From positions 29,803-93,802 of the forward strand of contig JAGVZN010000019.1 of NCBI GenBank assembly GCA_018302605.1: 64,000 nucleotides of DNA, written 5' to 3'. The stretch comes from Candidatus Woesearchaeota archaeon. GTDB lineage: Archaea; Nanobdellota; Nanobdellia; Woesearchaeales; GW2011-AR9. A model generated the notes under the pieces. That model saw nothing but the letters and a program-made list of their open reading frames with translations. It was not told where the DNA came from and made no database searches. The translations under genes were made by a program, and so were the position numbers. Positions 20,292 through 29,978 of this stretch are shown piece after piece (within the stretch, counting starts at the first letter, position 1; each line of letters starts with the position of its first letter).

Positions 20292-23200
20292 TCAATCGAG
20301 CAATGCTTTAAGGTATTCTTTTTCTCCTTGTTCATTGGTATACGTATTCATATAACCAATAACTAATTGATGAAACTCACGTCCTTTTGGTGTCGTCACT
20401 TTTTCCAGCAAGCCGCAGGCTTCTACTCTCTCCCCCTCTTTTGCTTGTAAAGCAAAAGGCCGCGACCAAAATACAATGCGTTCTATCGGGACCTCCTGAT
20501 AACCGTCCATAATTCTAGAGTTGGTAATTCCATAATAGCCCGGTCTGAGGTGAGAATAATTATAATCTCTCACGACACCCTGCACAGTGACTGTAGCCAA
20601 AGGCTCGTGCTTATCTTCCCAACCATACCAACCGGCAGTTCCCATCTCAACAACAAAGATTGAGAAGACATTCCCATCAAAAAAGCCGTCATCACGCTTT
20701 CGCACCATGTTATGAACGTATTCTTCTTCCGTAAACACTTTTGATACGACTCGATCTTTATAATAGCGAGCCCAATCCTCTCTCGACTTCCATTTTAAGA
20801 GAGGGTGCTGTACCATTTCCATATGTCTCAAGACCCGCCAGCCATTTTCGACACCAAAGATCAGAATATCGATGTCTGACTTTCCTGGAGTATAATTCCC
20901 CAACAACGTAGAATGGCTTATTCCCAGATCACTGACAGAAACCCCACTCTGTAAAATAAGATTAATGATCCCTCGTGTCGCTTTTAGGTAGGGATCTAAG
21001 TCTGCATCCGGAACTTTCATTAATTGCCGTAAACCAGCGCGCGGGTCATGAGTTGTTGCAATATCTGATTCAGGCACGGCAAAGAACCATTGCTGGTGAT
21101 GGGGGCAAGAATAGATTAATTGAGGAAAATTCCGTTCTACGATTGCCAGATTTTCTTTAACACTGTCTTTATCATTAAAGAGATTGAAACGAAATACACT
21201 TTTCTGAAAGAGAAAGCGTTTTTTTAGTTTCCTAAACGAATCTCCTCCCTGGAGTAAATCCTCAGGGATATATTTTGGTTTGATAATGACCCGTCCAGAT
21301 GGGTGGTGAGTAGCGTAGACTTTACATTGAATGCCTTCTTTAGTAGTAATTAACGATGATTCGGGATGGCGGGGGTAATGAACATCAATCGCTTTCCTCG
21401 GTTGAACAATCTCCATCTGTGCAGAAAGGTTATAGTTACTTTCCAATTCTTTCACTCTCTCATTAAAAATTGTGAGACACGATTGATGATAATCTGTTCT
21501 ACCAGCAGTAAGATTATCGACAAAACTGCGGACTTTCAGTAACTTTCCCTGAAGACGTATTTTTCTCTCTTGTTCCGGAAGTCCTAGCACATATTCCAGA
21601 TCCATCAAATCAGAAAATCGATCAAGAATCTCTGTGTTTACCACTTCACGCGGCGCGCCAATCAGGCGGGAGATATGTTCCCGATAGCGGGGGGGGAGGA
21701 GGGTGGGATGTGGATCACGGGAAATGGTCTTATCCTCCGTCAAGAGAGAAAGATTTTGGATAACCGTCGGATAACGCTGCAGAAAATGCTGTTGTGATAA
21801 ACTCTGAACATCAATCGAAGTATCTTCAATAACATCGTGTAACGCGGCAGTCAGGAGAGCTGAAACTTCCCTTTCACCGCAGGTGTAAAGCAATCTGACA
21901 AGATAGATCGAGTGAAAAACTAAAGGAGTGATACCATCATTCCTTTTCTGATTGCCAAATGCCGTTACGAGAAAATGAAAAACGTCTTTAAAGAAATCTT
22001 GCTGTTCACCAAAAGAATGCGCAACCTCATCCGCAGCTCGACTAACATCTTTCTGAAACAGTTCTTTAACCCGAACATAATCTGTACGTACCTCTTTTAA
22101 GATAGAATCTGATCCTAAAGCAATACGTGATTTTTCATCTAAGACCCGTGGAGGGATACTCGAAATCTCCTCTTCTCCAAAGCAATTGATCGGCTCAACA
22201 ACAATATCTTCAGGAACGGCAACATTCAAAGCAGTTAATATTGTTGGTGCGACCTGACGAATATCCACATCATTCATTAGTCCTCGTTTCTTAATTTCGG
22301 GTCCGTTAATGATAAAGAGGCCTTGCCGCGAATGCCCGGCGCTGTCCGCACCAATGGCTGTATGCCAGGAGTACAGACCTTCCTGCCCCAGATCAGGATT
22401 AGATGCCCAGCGTAGATCATCAAAATAGATCGTCAGATCGGGACATTCAGGATGAGAGGCATTCTGATAAATATCCTCGGCAGAGTAGACTTTGGTGTTA
22501 AGAGGATTGCCCTTATCATCGGGTATCTTTCGTATCTTCTCTGCAATTTCATCACGGATGTTTCTCCATTTATCTCCTGCTTTCTCTTTATTGATCTGGA
22601 TTCTCCCGTTATATGCCCCGCCTCCCCACGCTAAACTTCGTTCGCGATCAACAAGTTCCATCTTAAAACGCGTGCTCTTGCTAAGATCAACACTTTCTTT
22701 CAAGACGAGGTAGCCTTCTTTAATGAGCCAGTTGTTAATGTTGATCTTGCCTTCCTGTTTGATCATCCCATGATCTGATGCAACGATAACGGTGGTATCC
22801 TGCGGTAGAAGCTGTAGTACTTCCCCCAGTTTCTGATCAATATAAATGTAAAAATCTCTAATTGCATTTGCATGAGGAGAATTCACGATAAACCGACGAT
22901 GGCCTTCATCAAAATGGCGCCAGAGCATATGCTGCAGCCGGTCTGTTCCTAACATCACGGCCATACAGAAATTCCATTGTTTATGGGTGATCAAGTCTTT
23001 GAGGAGCGAGACCTGCATATCAGTCATCTCCATTGCTTTTTTGACAAGCTCTGCCGGATCAAGACTCTTATGGCCGCCGAGACCAACGGCAACATCAAAG
23101 AACCCCTCGGGATTGCCTAGTGCTTTGATCTTCTCTTTCAAATGTTCTGGATACGCACAGTTGCTTTCAATTCCTGGGGTCATGAAATCAGTGACGATAC

Positions 23201-23555
23201 AGCCGGGAAATGTCGTGACGGGATAGGAAAGGGGCACATAGAGGGCGATGCTCTTCTGATGTTCTTCTCCAATGATGTCCCAGATCAATCTTGCGTTATT
23301 GTTTTTGGAACTTACCAAACGGTAATCGCCTTGTTCGTCTTTGTAAGTATAATTAAATACCCCGATCTCGCTGGGATCTTTTCCCGAGATCATCGCATTC
23401 CAAGCAACAATCGTTGAAGGGGGGATGGTACTGTTCATCCGGGCATATGTCCCATTCTGCATCAGTTTCTTGATATTTGGCAGGAGATCATTCCAGCGTT
23501 CGAATACTAATTCGGGAACGCCGCCATCAATTCCAAATAAGAAGACTTTTCCCAT
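20292..23555 (-). CDS. Fusion: AlkP-superfamily phosphodiesterase + Mesh1/SpoT-like HD + COG1665-like nucleotidyltransferase
   Basis: AlkP: GIDG, PPSTIVAW, DRLQH, SDHG, GH. HD: KRNDG-TP...H, ALHDVIEDT, LTEDK, DRFSD. NTase: GISHSTLLG...SDIDILIFG. Confidence 0.8.
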   Translation of the reverse strand: MGKVFLFGIDGGVPELVFERWNDLLPNIKKLMQNGTYARMNSTIPPSTIVAWNAMISGKDPSEIGVFNYTYKDEQGDYRLVSSKNNNARLIWDIIGEEHQKSIALYVPLSYPVTTFPGCIVTDFMTPGIESNCAYPEHLKEKIKALGNPEGFFDVAVGLGGHKSLDPAELVKKAMEMTDMQVSLLKDLITHKQWNFCMAVMLGTDRLQHMLWRHFDEGHRRFIVNSPHANAIRDFYIYIDQKLGEVLQLLPQDTTVIVASDHGMIKQEGKININNWLIKEGYLVLKESVDLSKSTRFKMELVDRERSLAWGGGAYNGRIQINKEKAGDKWRNIRDEIAEKIRKIPDDKGNPLNTKVYSAEDIYQNASHPECPDLTIYFDDLRWASNPDLGQEGLYSWHTAIGADSAGHSRQGLFIINGPEIKKRGLMNDVDIRQVAPTILTALNVAVPEDIVVEPINCFGEEEISSIPPRVLDEKSRIALGSDSILKEVRTDYVRVKELFQKDVSRAADEVAHSFGEQQDFFKDVFHFLVTAFGNQKRNDGITPLVFHSIYLVRLLYTCGEREVSALLTAALHDVIEDTSIDVQSLSQQHFLQRYPTVIQNLSLLTEDKTISRDPHPTLLPPRYREHISRLIGAPREVVNTEILDRFSDLMDLEYVLGLPEQERKIRLQGKLLKVRSFVDNLTAGRTDYHQSCLTIFNERVKELESNYNLSAQMEIVQPRKAIDVHYPRHPESSLITTKEGIQCKVYATHHPSGRVIIKPKYIPEDLLQGGDSFRKLKKRFLFQKSVFRFNLFNDKDSVKENLAIVERNFPQLIYSCPHHQQWFFAVPESDIATTHDPRAGLRQLMKVPDADLDPYLKATRGIINLILQSGVSVSDLGISHSTLLGNYTPGKSDIDILIFGVENGWRVLRHMEMVQHPLLKWKSREDWARYYKDRVVSKVFTEEEYVHNMVRKRDDGFFDGNVFSIFVVEMGTAGWYGWEDKHEPLATVTVQGVVRDYNYSHLRPGYYGITNSRIMDGYQEVPIERIVFWSRPFALQAKEGERVEACGLLEKVTTPKGREFHQLVIGYMNTYTNEQGEKEYLKALLD

Positions 23556-23652
23556 TATTGATTTACACCCATAGTATCTGTATGGTAGATAATGCCTTTT
23601 AAAGATTGTGAAATGAGAACAAACAAGATGGCAACTCCAGCGGAGAGTATAT

Positions 23653-23745
23653 TATACCAAAAATCCATAGATTTCGAACAAAAATCTTTGGATTCTGGTA
23701 TATACCAAAAAAATTAGGTTCGAAACCTAATTATTTTTTGGGATA
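23653..23745. repeat. Tandem imperfect palindromes (REP/MITE-like or operator)
   Basis: TATACCAAAAATCCATAGATTT...AAATCTTTGGATTCTGGTATA, then CCAAAAAAATTAGGTT-CG-AAACCTAATTATTTTTTGG. Both have TTCGAA at or near the centre. Confidence 0.75.
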
Positions 23746-23755
23746 CGACAGATCA

Positions 23756-24115
23756 TTAACCCAAATAACCTAATTCTTCCAGACGTTTCTTAACATCTTC
23801 CTCGTCAGCCTCGCTATAGGCTCGGGAGGATTTTGTGTTAATATTTATAGAGGAAGAACTATTCCCAGCTCTTTCAAAAGCGAGTCTTTCCAGATACTCA
23901 TTTAAAATTCGTTCGACACATTGATCAACCGTAAGTCCCGCCGCCTGCGCAACGGCTCCCACCTTCTGTCGGACTTCATCTGAAAGTAGAATTACCCGTT
24001 CAGAAGAGTGAATTACCTGACAGAGAAGGAAAAGCTGGCGAACTAGCTCATCAGAAGATAATTTCCTCTCTACAGCCATCGTCTTTAACTGTTCAACAAA
24101 TGCATGTTCATCCAT
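23756..24115 (-). CDS. Small protein with RHH/CopG-like segment and C-terminal EEDVKKRLEELGYLG motif
   Basis: ILLSDEVRQKV...GLTVDQCVERIL pattern. The tail is shared with the AlkP protein at 24127-25656. Confidence 0.6.
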   Translation of the reverse strand: MDEHAFVEQLKTMAVERKLSSDELVRQLFLLCQVIHSSERVILLSDEVRQKVGAVAQAAGLTVDQCVERILNEYLERLAFERAGNSSSSININTKSSRAYSEADEEDVKKRLEELGYLG

Positions 24116-24126
24116 ATTTCGTTCAC

Positions 24127-25656
24127 CTACCCCAAATAACCTAAATCTTCCAGACGCTGGATCACTTCCTGTTCACCTTTCTTTTCATCAAAATCACTCT
24201 TTTCCACTTGTTTTTCCGTCTGGTTTTTCTCCTCAAAAAAGCGTAAGATTATCTCATGAATGTCCATCAAAGAGTACTCCTCTTTTCCCAACGATTTCTG
24301 AGAAGAGATCAAGATTCCGTCGCTGTGATGGTCACCCGATTTAATCTTCCCTTCAGTTACTTTGTTAAAGAGTTGTGGGCAACGTACTGCGGTAATTGGC
24401 CAATGATGAAATGACCGATCAAACACCACTAGATCTGGAGCATCTTCAATGAAAGGCCCGTGAAAAAGCTCCTCTTTCTTTCTGATCACGAGTTCCCCAC
24501 CCGGGATCTTAATTTTCCGAAGAGACTCAATGACCTCTTCCCTGACATGATGATACTCCTCTTTTGTAACAGAACCTTGTTCTTCGCTATCATCATTAAT
24601 GTAAATGAACCCTTGATCAATCGCCGAGAACGCTTTTGTTTTCTTAAAATCAATCATTCCTTGACGAATCGCAGTATACCAACTTATTCCGTTGGCATCA
24701 GGGATAAGATCGCCAAGACCACTGCCTCTAAACCGAGAATAAACCAGTTTTTTGAGATGAAGAGTAGATAGAATTTTCTCCACTGACGTCTTATTGATTC
24801 CAAAGAAAGATAAGACTTTCTGTGGGCCTTTGCTGCGACCATGAACTGCTAAAAAACCTTGATCTTCCAACCACTTGTTTAACGCAAACGTACCGTGTAG
24901 GCTGGTAAACCCATGATCGCTGACAATCATTACTTCTACATCTTCCCCGACGACTTTCAAGAAGCTACCAATCAACGAATCGAGATAGGCAAAATAATCA
25001 TAAATCTTCTCCTCATATTTGTTACTAGAATAAAGAGGACTGGAATGATCAATATACTTTATCATGTTGTGAAGAAGAGAATCAGTGTTCGTCTCCACCA
25101 ACATGAACAGGTCTGGTTTTTGCTTAAGATATAACTTTGTCGCAATCGAAAAGCGCAACTCCGAAAGATGAAAGATCCGCCTAAGAAAATCATCATCATT
25201 ATTCCAACTCACACTGAACGCAAAATCTTTTAATTCTAATTCTATCTCTTTCTTAAGCTCGGCTGGATAAAGAAAATCGGATGCGCCCGTGGGGGTAAAT
25301 AACCCTGACATCATGAAACCATTCAACGGTTTAACGGGATACGTCCCGGGGATATTCATGATCCCACACTTCACATCAAGACCCTCCCAAAAAGGAACAA
25401 AATTATGAACCGGGCGGATAGTTTTATCATATCCTTTCTTAGAGAAAAGAGTGAAACAACCCAATTCCCCCGGATTCTTCCCCGAAACTAAACTCAACCA
25501 CGCAGGAATACTGACCGGAGGAGTCACGCTCTTTAACGTAGCGAAAAGACCATGATCGATGACTTTTTTGATCGTTGGGATCTTTTCTTGCGCCAGTAAT
25601 TCTTTAATCAGCCAGGGACTTACCCCATCTAGACCAATAATAACAAGTTTAGGCAT
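24127..25656 (-). CDS. AlkP-superfamily phosphodiesterase/nucleotide pyrophosphatase (COG3379-like)
   Basis: IIGLDG, PPVSIPAW, D-x-x-x-H, VSDHGF, GDH and C-terminal RLEDLGYLG. Confidence 0.85.
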   Translation of the reverse strand: MPKLVIIGLDGVSPWLIKELLAQEKIPTIKKVIDHGLFATLKSVTPPVSIPAWLSLVSGKNPGELGCFTLFSKKGYDKTIRPVHNFVPFWEGLDVKCGIMNIPGTYPVKPLNGFMMSGLFTPTGASDFLYPAELKKEIELELKDFAFSVSWNNDDDFLRRIFHLSELRFSIATKLYLKQKPDLFMLVETNTDSLLHNMIKYIDHSSPLYSSNKYEEKIYDYFAYLDSLIGSFLKVVGEDVEVMIVSDHGFTSLHGTFALNKWLEDQGFLAVHGRSKGPQKVLSFFGINKTSVEKILSTLHLKKLVYSRFRGSGLGDLIPDANGISWYTAIRQGMIDFKKTKAFSAIDQGFIYINDDSEEQGSVTKEEYHHVREEVIESLRKIKIPGGELVIRKKEELFHGPFIEDAPDLVVFDRSFHHWPITAVRCPQLFNKVTEGKIKSGDHHSDGILISSQKSLGKEEYSLMDIHEIILRFFEEKNQTEKQVEKSDFDEKKGEQEVIQRLEDLGYLG

Positions 25657-25789
25657 TATCTTAACCAAAAAACGACTTCTTATAAAGGTTGTTAAAATAG
25701 ATTCATTTTAGATCACAGAACATTTTATCACAGAAAAATATGTACATTGTTTCAGAAGATATTTAAAAAGAGGTCATTATTCTGCAGGG

Positions 25790-27232
25790 ATGGCTTTAGG
25801 CACAAAACAAAGCAAGAATGAGACTCTCCAAAAGAAGAAAATAATCTATATCGGCGGTGATTCTGGAGGGAATGAACTTATGTTCAGAATCTCCCAAGAA
25901 GTCGAACAAAGACACAATACTACTTCTTTCTATATCTCCACGTCAAAGATTGGTTCAGCTAACTTTAAAGAACTAGGGGTCAAAAAAGAACAGCTCTATG
26001 AGATTGACCACCTTAATTTTAAGCTAACCAAAAACCCTGACAAGAACTATCTACATCATGCCGAAGTGAAATACGACTTTCGGATTTGGGATATCTGGCA
26101 AGTTGCCGCCAAAAGAAAGAAGAGCCGCCTAAAGTTAAGCGAGGATAGCATTCTTTCACTGATGGAAAGTATTTGTAAAAAAGCGGAATGGATCGCGCAA
26201 CACGTTAAACCAGACTATGCTATCCTTTGCTGTGTTGCTGGCTTCCACTTAGTAATGATGATCAGGATTTTTGAAAAGTACGGAATTGAAGTCCTCGACT
26301 TCTCCAACCCACGATTACCAGAACGATTTTGTTTTGCGAATGAGCTCGCGAGCAATTTTCCTCTTCTCAATAGGATATATAGTGAAAGAAAACAGAAAGG
26401 TCTTACCCCTTCCGAGATTAAAGAAAGCAAAGAGATCATTCAAAGATTCAAAGAAGAACATTTTAAGCCATCCGACTCCACAAGAGTGAAAGAATCGTGG
26501 CCACAAGTTGTACGAAAATATCAACGCTATCTCAAGATTATCTACCAAAGAAAAAAGATCCCAAACTTTGTCAATAACCTATATTATCCTATAAAAGAAA
26601 AAGTGATGCGCAGGTTTATGTCTAGATTTGAGAAGCCGGTTACAGGTGAAAAATATGTTCTCTTTTTTTTGCATGTGCAACCAGAAGCTTCAACGTCCAT
26701 TATGGGAAAGTGGTATGAGAACCAGCTGAATCTTATTGAAAATATTGTCCGCAGCTTGCCATGCGATTATAAGCTCTATGTTAAAGAACATGTCTGGAAC
26801 TTCTCTACAAGGCCTCGTGATTATCATCATGAGATCAAAAAATTTCCCAGCGTAAGACTGATCACTCCATTTTCTTCGTCATATGATCTTATCGCCAATA
26901 GTTCAGCGATCGTCACAATTACCGGAACCGTCGGCTGGGAAGGGATACTACTCCAGAAACCAGTGATAACTTTCGGAAACGTCTTTTATAATGTCTTTGA
27001 TCAAGTACAAAAAGTAGAAAAGATTGAAGAATTACCTGCGATCATAAAAAGAAGAATTGACACCGTTGTTGATCTTGACCAAACATTGACGTTTGTCAGT
27101 TCTGTTCTTGCTTCTTCGTTTCCCGGCTTGGGGATGATCCCTGCCGACTGCCAGAATAGATCGCTTGAGCCAAAAAATATCAAGCTCCTTGTCGACGGCC
27201 TTGAAAAACACGTAGCATATCTTCGGCTTTAG
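25790..27232 (+). CDS. KpsS/Capsule_synth-like protein, candidate nonulosonate transferase
   Basis: FLHVQPEAS, VKEH and TITGTVGWEG...KPVITFG motifs. Confidence 0.7.
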   Translation: MALGTKQSKNETLQKKKIIYIGGDSGGNELMFRISQEVEQRHNTTSFYISTSKIGSANFKELGVKKEQLYEIDHLNFKLTKNPDKNYLHHAEVKYDFRIWDIWQVAAKRKKSRLKLSEDSILSLMESICKKAEWIAQHVKPDYAILCCVAGFHLVMMIRIFEKYGIEVLDFSNPRLPERFCFANELASNFPLLNRIYSERKQKGLTPSEIKESKEIIQRFKEEHFKPSDSTRVKESWPQVVRKYQRYLKIIYQRKKIPNFVNNLYYPIKEKVMRRFMSRFEKPVTGEKYVLFFLHVQPEASTSIMGKWYENQLNLIENIVRSLPCDYKLYVKEHVWNFSTRPRDYHHEIKKFPSVRLITPFSSSYDLIANSSAIVTITGTVGWEGILLQKPVITFGNVFYNVFDQVQKVEKIEELPAIIKRRIDTVVDLDQTLTFVSSVLASSFPGLGMIPADCQNRSLEPKNIKLLVDGLEKHVAYLRL

Positions 27233-27293
27233 ATGTATTTAGATTTAATAGGAAGCAATAGTCATAGAACCATTTATTAGAAATACAAAAAAC

Positions 27294-28415
27294 ATGACAT
27301 CAATTATCTATTGTAAGAAGTGTGTACAGCCAAATACGCGGCCAAATATCAAATTCGATGACGAAGGTATTTGCCCGGCATGCCAATACGTAGAGAAAAT
27401 CCCAAATATTGATTGGAAAGCAAGAAAAGAAGAACTAAAAGAGATCATTAAAACGTGTAAGAGAGAAAATGTTTCCGGATACGATTGTATCATCGGAGTC
27501 AGCGGTGGAAAAGATAGTACACGCCAAGTGATGTATGTAAAAGAATTAGGTCTTAAACCGCTACTCGTTTCCTGTACCTACCCACCTGAACAGCAATCAG
27601 AGAGAGGAGCGCATAATCTCGGCAACATGATCTCCCTTGGATTTGATACGATCACGATCAGCCCTGCTCCTGAGACCTGGAAAAAGATGATGAAACAGGG
27701 TTTCTTCAAGTACGGAAACATCTTCAAATCAACAGAAATGCCCTTGTTTGCGAGTGTCCCGAAAGTTGCCATTGCCTATCATATTCCTCTCATCCTGTGG
27801 GGAGAGAATCCAGCAACACAAATCGGAGAACTGGGAGCCGGATCTCTAGATTGGAATGGAAATAACCTTAAGCGGGCCAATACCATTGCCAGCGGACCCA
27901 GTGTCCTTTTTCAGGAGACTATTTCAAAAAAAGATACTTTGTGGTATCATTATCCTGAAGACTGGGAGATGGAAGCCGCAAACTTGCAGATTGTCTACCT
28001 CGGATATTTTATGGGTGATTGGAGCAAGACAAATAATGCGAATTTTTCCATTGCGCACGGGATCGAGATACGCGATGATACTTCAGAGGAAATGGGAGCG
28101 TTGCATCCTTTCGAATCTCTAGACGAAGATTTTGTTTTTGTCAACCAGATGATGAAATATCTTAAATTTGGATTTGGAAAAGTCACAGATGAGGTCTGTG
28201 AACTTATTCGCGCCGATAAAATGACCCGAGAAGAAGGAATCGAACTAGTTAGAAAATATGAGGGGAAATGTGCTCGAAAATATATCATTCAATTTTGTAA
28301 ATACCTGGAGATCACGGAAGAGCAGTTCTGGAAAGTTGCCGAATCTTTTCGAAATCGCGAGATCTGGCACCAAGATGGAAAAAGAAACTGGAAACTGAAA
28401 AATCAAATATTGTAA
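27294..28415 (+). CDS. N-acetyl sugar amidotransferase (WbuX/PseA-like)
   Basis: CKKC...RP...C-x-AC, YDCIIGVSGGKDS (PP-loop), WGEN and KYLKFGFG motifs. Confidence 0.9.
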   Translation: MTSIIYCKKCVQPNTRPNIKFDDEGICPACQYVEKIPNIDWKARKEELKEIIKTCKRENVSGYDCIIGVSGGKDSTRQVMYVKELGLKPLLVSCTYPPEQQSERGAHNLGNMISLGFDTITISPAPETWKKMMKQGFFKYGNIFKSTEMPLFASVPKVAIAYHIPLILWGENPATQIGELGAGSLDWNGNNLKRANTIASGPSVLFQETISKKDTLWYHYPEDWEMEAANLQIVYLGYFMGDWSKTNNANFSIAHGIEIRDDTSEEMGALHPFESLDEDFVFVNQMMKYLKFGFGKVTDEVCELIRADKMTREEGIELVRKYEGKCARKYIIQFCKYLEITEEQFWKVAESFRNREIWHQDGKRNWKLKNQIL

Positions 28416-28420
28416 GAAAA

Positions 28421-29101
28421 ATGGAAGAAGAACAAAACAAAAACAGCACAAAAGATACCAAGAAGCACGATATTTTAGTGATAGATTATCATGTGGGGAA
28501 CCATCGTTCAGTCCTTAATGCCCTTTCTCTTCTGGGATATCACTACAAAGTTTCCAGCGAGAAAGAGGAGATCGCAAAAGCACCAGCATACATTCTGCCC
28601 GGGGTTGGAGCGTTTAGTGAGGCAATGACTAATCTTCAGAATCTGGGAATTATTGATACACTCAAAGAGCAAATTCTTAACCATAAAAAGCCTATACTGG
28701 GAATCTGTTTGGGGATGCAAGTATTGGCAGAAAGTTCAACAGAAAATGGTTTCCATAAAGGTCTCGGCATCATCAAAGGGAGTGTGATGAGGATCGATTC
28801 TCACAAAGATATTAAAATACCCCACGTAGGATGGAATAATCTATCCATCCATCAAAAAGACCCGCTATTCACAAGAACAGATGAGGAAGCACACTTTTAT
28901 TTTGATCACAGTTATCATATTGCCTGTGATCATTCCATTATTTCCGCGACGTGTACCCATGGAAGCGAGATCACCGCAGCAATCCAATCAGACAACATAT
29001 TTGGAGTGCAATTCCACCCAGAAAAAAGCCAAAAAAATGGATTGCTCTTACTGAGAGGCTTTTTTAATTACATCAAACAGAGGGAAAGTAAAAATGCTTA
29101 A
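28421..29101 (+). CDS. HisH-like glutamine amidotransferase (glycan-associated, WbuY-like)
   Basis: LPGVG, GICLGMQ, PHVGWN and QFHPEKS motifs. Confidence 0.9.
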   Translation: MEEEQNKNSTKDTKKHDILVIDYHVGNHRSVLNALSLLGYHYKVSSEKEEIAKAPAYILPGVGAFSEAMTNLQNLGIIDTLKEQILNHKKPILGICLGMQVLAESSTENGFHKGLGIIKGSVMRIDSHKDIKIPHVGWNNLSIHQKDPLFTRTDEEAHFYFDHSYHIACDHSIISATCTHGSEITAAIQSDNIFGVQFHPEKSQKNGLLLLRGFFNYIKQRESKNA

Positions 29102-29978
29102 ACATCGATTGGTTGCCTGCCTCACGCTTAAAGAAAGAATAATTGTGCAGAGTATTGGCTTCGAAAAATACCTGCCTATCGGAAGACCAGAGATTACTAT
29201 AGAATTTCTCAACAATTGGGGCATTGATGAGATTGTGGTACTAGACATAGATGCCACTCGAGAAAGCAGGCTTGTGGATATCGAACTCGTACAGAGAATT
29301 TCAAAGAAGTGTTTTGTCCCATTAACGGTTGGAGGAGGAATAACCACTGTTGAAGAAATGAAAGAGCTTATTCGCCAAGGTGCAGACAAGATTTGTATCA
29401 ATACCTCGGCAATCCAAAATCCTCCATTGATCAGAGAAGCATCACACGTATTAGGAAGTCAGTGTGTTGTCGTTTCTCTCGATGTCAAAAAGAATGGCCG
29501 TGGGGAATACGAAATATTTACTCACTCCGGAAAGAAAGCAACAGGGATAAATCCTCGAGATTTCGCCCAGAAAGCCGAAGCACTTGGGGCCGGAGAGATA
29601 TTTATCACTTCCATCACTCGAGATGGTTCGAAACAAGGATACGATCTTGAACTGATCAAAGAGATCTCTCGTGCGGTCTCCATTCCCGTTGTAGCCTGCG
29701 GGGGTGTAGGAAACCCATCTCATTTTGTCGAAGCAATCAGAGAAAGTACGGTCAGTGCCGTGGCCGCAGGAAATTATTTTCATTTTACGGAACACAGCCC
29801 GATGATTACAAAAGCATTTATCAGCAAATGCCCAGATGCAAAAATAAGATTTGACACTTATGCAGACTACCGCCACTTTTCGTTTATGAATGAGAAAATG
29901 ACCCATCGGATCGATAAGAAAGAAGACCAATATTTGAAAGATACCCGGTTCAAATATCATCCAAAGGAGGTCATATGA
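29094..29978 (+). CDS. HisF-like cyclase subunit (glycan-associated, WbuZ-like)
   Basis: VQSIGF, DEI-x-x-LDI, PLTVGGGI, GADK, GAGEI and RDGSKQGYD motifs. Confidence 0.9.
   Translation: MLKHRLVACLTLKERIIVQSIGFEKYLPIGRPEITIEFLNNWGIDEIVVLDIDATRESRLVDIELVQRISKKCFVPLTVGGGITTVEEMKELIRQGADKICINTSAIQNPPLIREASHVLGSQCVVVSLDVKKNGRGEYEIFTHSGKKATGINPRDFAQKAEALGAGEIFITSITRDGSKQGYDLELIKEISRAVSIPVVACGGVGNPSHFVEAIRESTVSAVAAGNYFHFTEHSPMITKAFISKCPDAKIRFDTYADYRHFSFMNEKMTHRIDKKEDQYLKDTRFKYHPKEVI

Noticed and set aside
20292..22100. RelA/SpoT homologue
   Set aside because: The HD domain fits, but the downstream domain lacks the RelA synthetase motifs (RxKxxxS, D...R, YxSxH, ExQIRT) and resembles COG1665.
28421..29978. 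Histidine biosynthesis hisH/hisF
   Set aside because: The genes are flanked by N-acetyl sugar amidotransferases with no other his genes, so they are glycan-associated paralogues.
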